Source of the DNA: an archaeon
GTDB lineage: Archaea; Asgardarchaeota; Thorarchaeia; Thorarchaeales; Thorarchaeaceae
NCBI GenBank assembly: GCA_024275415.1
Contig: JAJRZD010000108.1
Span: 1 to 8,745 of the forward strand
Reading direction: 5' to 3'
DNA: 8,745 nt
Shown: piece after piece, positions 7,600-8,745 of the stretch
Numbering within the stretch: position 1 is the first letter of the stretch
Layout of the letters: every line of letters begins with the position of its first letter
Position numbers and translations under genes: made by a program
Notes under the pieces: generated by a model
What the model was told of the DNA's origin: nothing
Database searches by the model: none
What the model saw: the letters and a program-made list of their open reading frames with translations, nothing else

Positions 7600-7607
7600 A
7601 ATAAAAG
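7600..7607 (-). promoter_or_regulatory. Possible TATA box for the LRR-nuclease gene
   Basis: Minus strand CTTTTATT about 60-70 nt upstream of TTG 7538; supports the shorter start but is a weak match. Confidence 0.3.
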
Positions 7608-7939
7608 TAATTCTGGTAGAAAGTAACTGTGTGGGCCGTTTCTGGTGTGAAGCCAGATTGAGATGTGATAAACCATCCCGTTATAATTCCCAATAAGAAG
7701 ACGAGTTATAGAAGTGTCAGCTCTACTCATCCAGATGTTATTGTACATTGTCCAAGATCTAGCAATAGGGTGTTTTGTCTTTGATCCTGTTTCGACTAAA
7801 CACTCTACTGATTCAGAGAATCTAGACCGATTCTCACAGTGATCAAAATCAAGTGCCACTGAGGATGAATGGATATCACCTGCAATAGGCACAACAAGTC
7901 GAAACATATATTGGTTAACCTAAAAATGTAAAGGATTTC

Positions 7940-7951
7940 TACTACATAGTA
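7940..7951. promoter_or_regulatory. Palindromic operator candidate overlapping the antitoxin start
   Basis: TACTA-CA-TAGTA perfect inverted repeat abutting ATG 7951, a position typical of TA autorepression operators. A second imperfect palindrome (7904-7929, 10 of 13 pairs, core GGTTAACC) covers the expected TATA region. Confidence 0.45.
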
Positions 7952-8168
7952 TGATAGTTGGTAAGGTAAGAAGGGACAGGTTGTCATCCCAAAGATAATC
8001 CGAGAAAAACTGAAGATAAGGGCTGGGGACACGGTCATTTTCAAGATAACAGGCGGAAAAGTGTATCTTGAAATAAGCAGAGAACAAATGAAAGATATCC
8101 TGAAAGCGGGACGGCCCGTTACCCAAAGTGTTGACTTCCAAAGAGATTTGCGGTCTGAGTGGACTTGA
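7951..8168 (+). pseudogene. vapB: AbrB/MazE/SpoVT-family antitoxin (VapB-like), frameshifted near the 5' end
   Basis: ATG 7951 reads MIVGKVRRDRLSSQR* in one frame. The frame from 7965 reads GKKGQVVIPKIIREKLKIRAGDTVIFKITGGKVYLEISREQMKDILKAGRPVTQSVDFQRDLRSEWT*, a classic AbrB fold, and is blocked upstream by TAA 7962. Its stop overlaps the PIN gene start. Confidence 0.85.
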
Positions 8169-8605
8169 AAGGTGTGGAGGGTGAGCCACGGTCGACCACA
8201 ATAAAAATCGATCTTGATACGAACATCTTCATTGCTGTCAAAAACCAAGAGGCAGAACACGAGTTCTGTGAGCGAATATTGGATGCTATTGACATGGGAA
8301 GAATTGAGGCTATTGTGTCTACAATTGTTGTTGCAGAGGTTATAGTGGGATTCTATTCAAACAATGAAGAGCTCGACGCCGATCGATTTAGTGACCACAG
8401 CCTCCTAAAATACAACATTCAACCTGTGACTCTTGAGATTGCAGATCTGGGCGCCAAGATTCGAGCAACAGGACTCAGGTTACCGGATGCGCTCATAGTA
8501 GCAACGGCGATCCAAACACAATCCTCACTAATCACCATGGATGATAGTGTCAGATATCCCCATCTTGAAATCGTCACACCTGAGAGATTTATTGATCGCC
8601 TATGA
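8159..8605 (+). CDS. vapC: PIN-domain (VapC-like) ribonuclease toxin
   Basis: All four conserved acidic positions are present: IDLDTNIFI, VVAEV, LPDALIVATA, LITMD. Start is GTG 8159 or TTG 8165; the latter gives a TTGA overlap with the antitoxin stop. Confidence 0.93.
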   Translation: MDLKGVEGEPRSTTIKIDLDTNIFIAVKNQEAEHEFCERILDAIDMGRIEAIVSTIVVAEVIVGFYSNNEELDADRFSDHSLLKYNIQPVTLEIADLGAKIRATGLRLPDALIVATAIQTQSSLITMDDSVRYPHLEIVTPERFIDRL

Positions 8606-8744
8606 TTATCATCACTTCTTTTTTGCACCAAGTTGTTATTACAATACGTCCCTTCGCGTCGAAAAATGCACTCATAGAAAAGTCCGCAGTTGTGAATTGG
8701 TTTGATTTGAAAAACGGCAATGGTTTCAGGATTCGGGCACGATG
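8589..8744 (-). CDS. Possible 3' end of a convergent gene entering from the right edge
   Basis: Open frame HRARILKPLPFFKSNQFTTADFSMSAFFDAKGRIVITTWCKKEVMIIIGDQ* looks protein-like and overlaps the vapC 3' end by 17 nt. No family recognised. Confidence 0.3.
   Translation of the reverse strand, partial: HRARILKPLPFFKSNQFTTADFSMSAFFDAKGRIVITTWCKKEVMIIIGDQ
8617..8624 (+). terminator. T-rich archaeal terminator candidate after vapC
   Basis: T-rich tract (TCTTTTTT) about 12 nt after the stop. Confidence 0.4.
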
Positions 8745-8745
8745 C

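Noticed and set aside
7539-7907. 123-codon N-terminal extension of the 869-aa ORF
   Set aside because: No recognisable domain and it would fill the divergent promoter region. TTG 7538 has an SD and begins exactly at the LRR N-cap. A longer start (e.g. the Met at residue 54) is not fully excluded.
5744-8631. ORFs 5744-6007, 6088-6483, 6546-6818, 7805-8260, 7920-8201 and 8419-8631
   Set aside because: Antisense shadows of the LRR-nuclease or vapBC genes.

Overview
Archaeal-looking chromosomal window. BRE/TATA promoters, GGAGG/GGTGG ribosome-binding sites and an AbrB-PIN pair point to an archaeon. The IDLSPL-type LRR, SBBP and membrane PCI/zinc-ribbon proteins suggest an Asgard (Thorarchaeia-like) host, which is inference from family recall only. 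Left to right: (1) a partial secreted 7-repeat SBBP beta-propeller protein with DxDxDG Ca-binding repeats (- strand, runs off the left edge, missing from the ORF track); (2) a secreted protein with a YcdB/PepSY-like pro-region and a caspase/gingipain-like (clan CD) His-Cys domain; (3) an unannotated + strand remnant of a subtilase (S8) C-terminus with a perfect catalytic-Ser motif; (4) a 4-TM protein with a PCI-like winged helix and a zinc ribbon; (5) tRNA-His(GTG); (6) a large cytoplasmic protein fusing two LRR solenoids to an HhH pair and an intact YprB/RNase_H_2 DEDD exonuclease, the best candidate for an undescribed sensor-nuclease system; (7) a divergent vapBC-type module with an intact PIN toxin and a frameshifted AbrB antitoxin. 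No CRISPR array, IS element or att duplication was seen.
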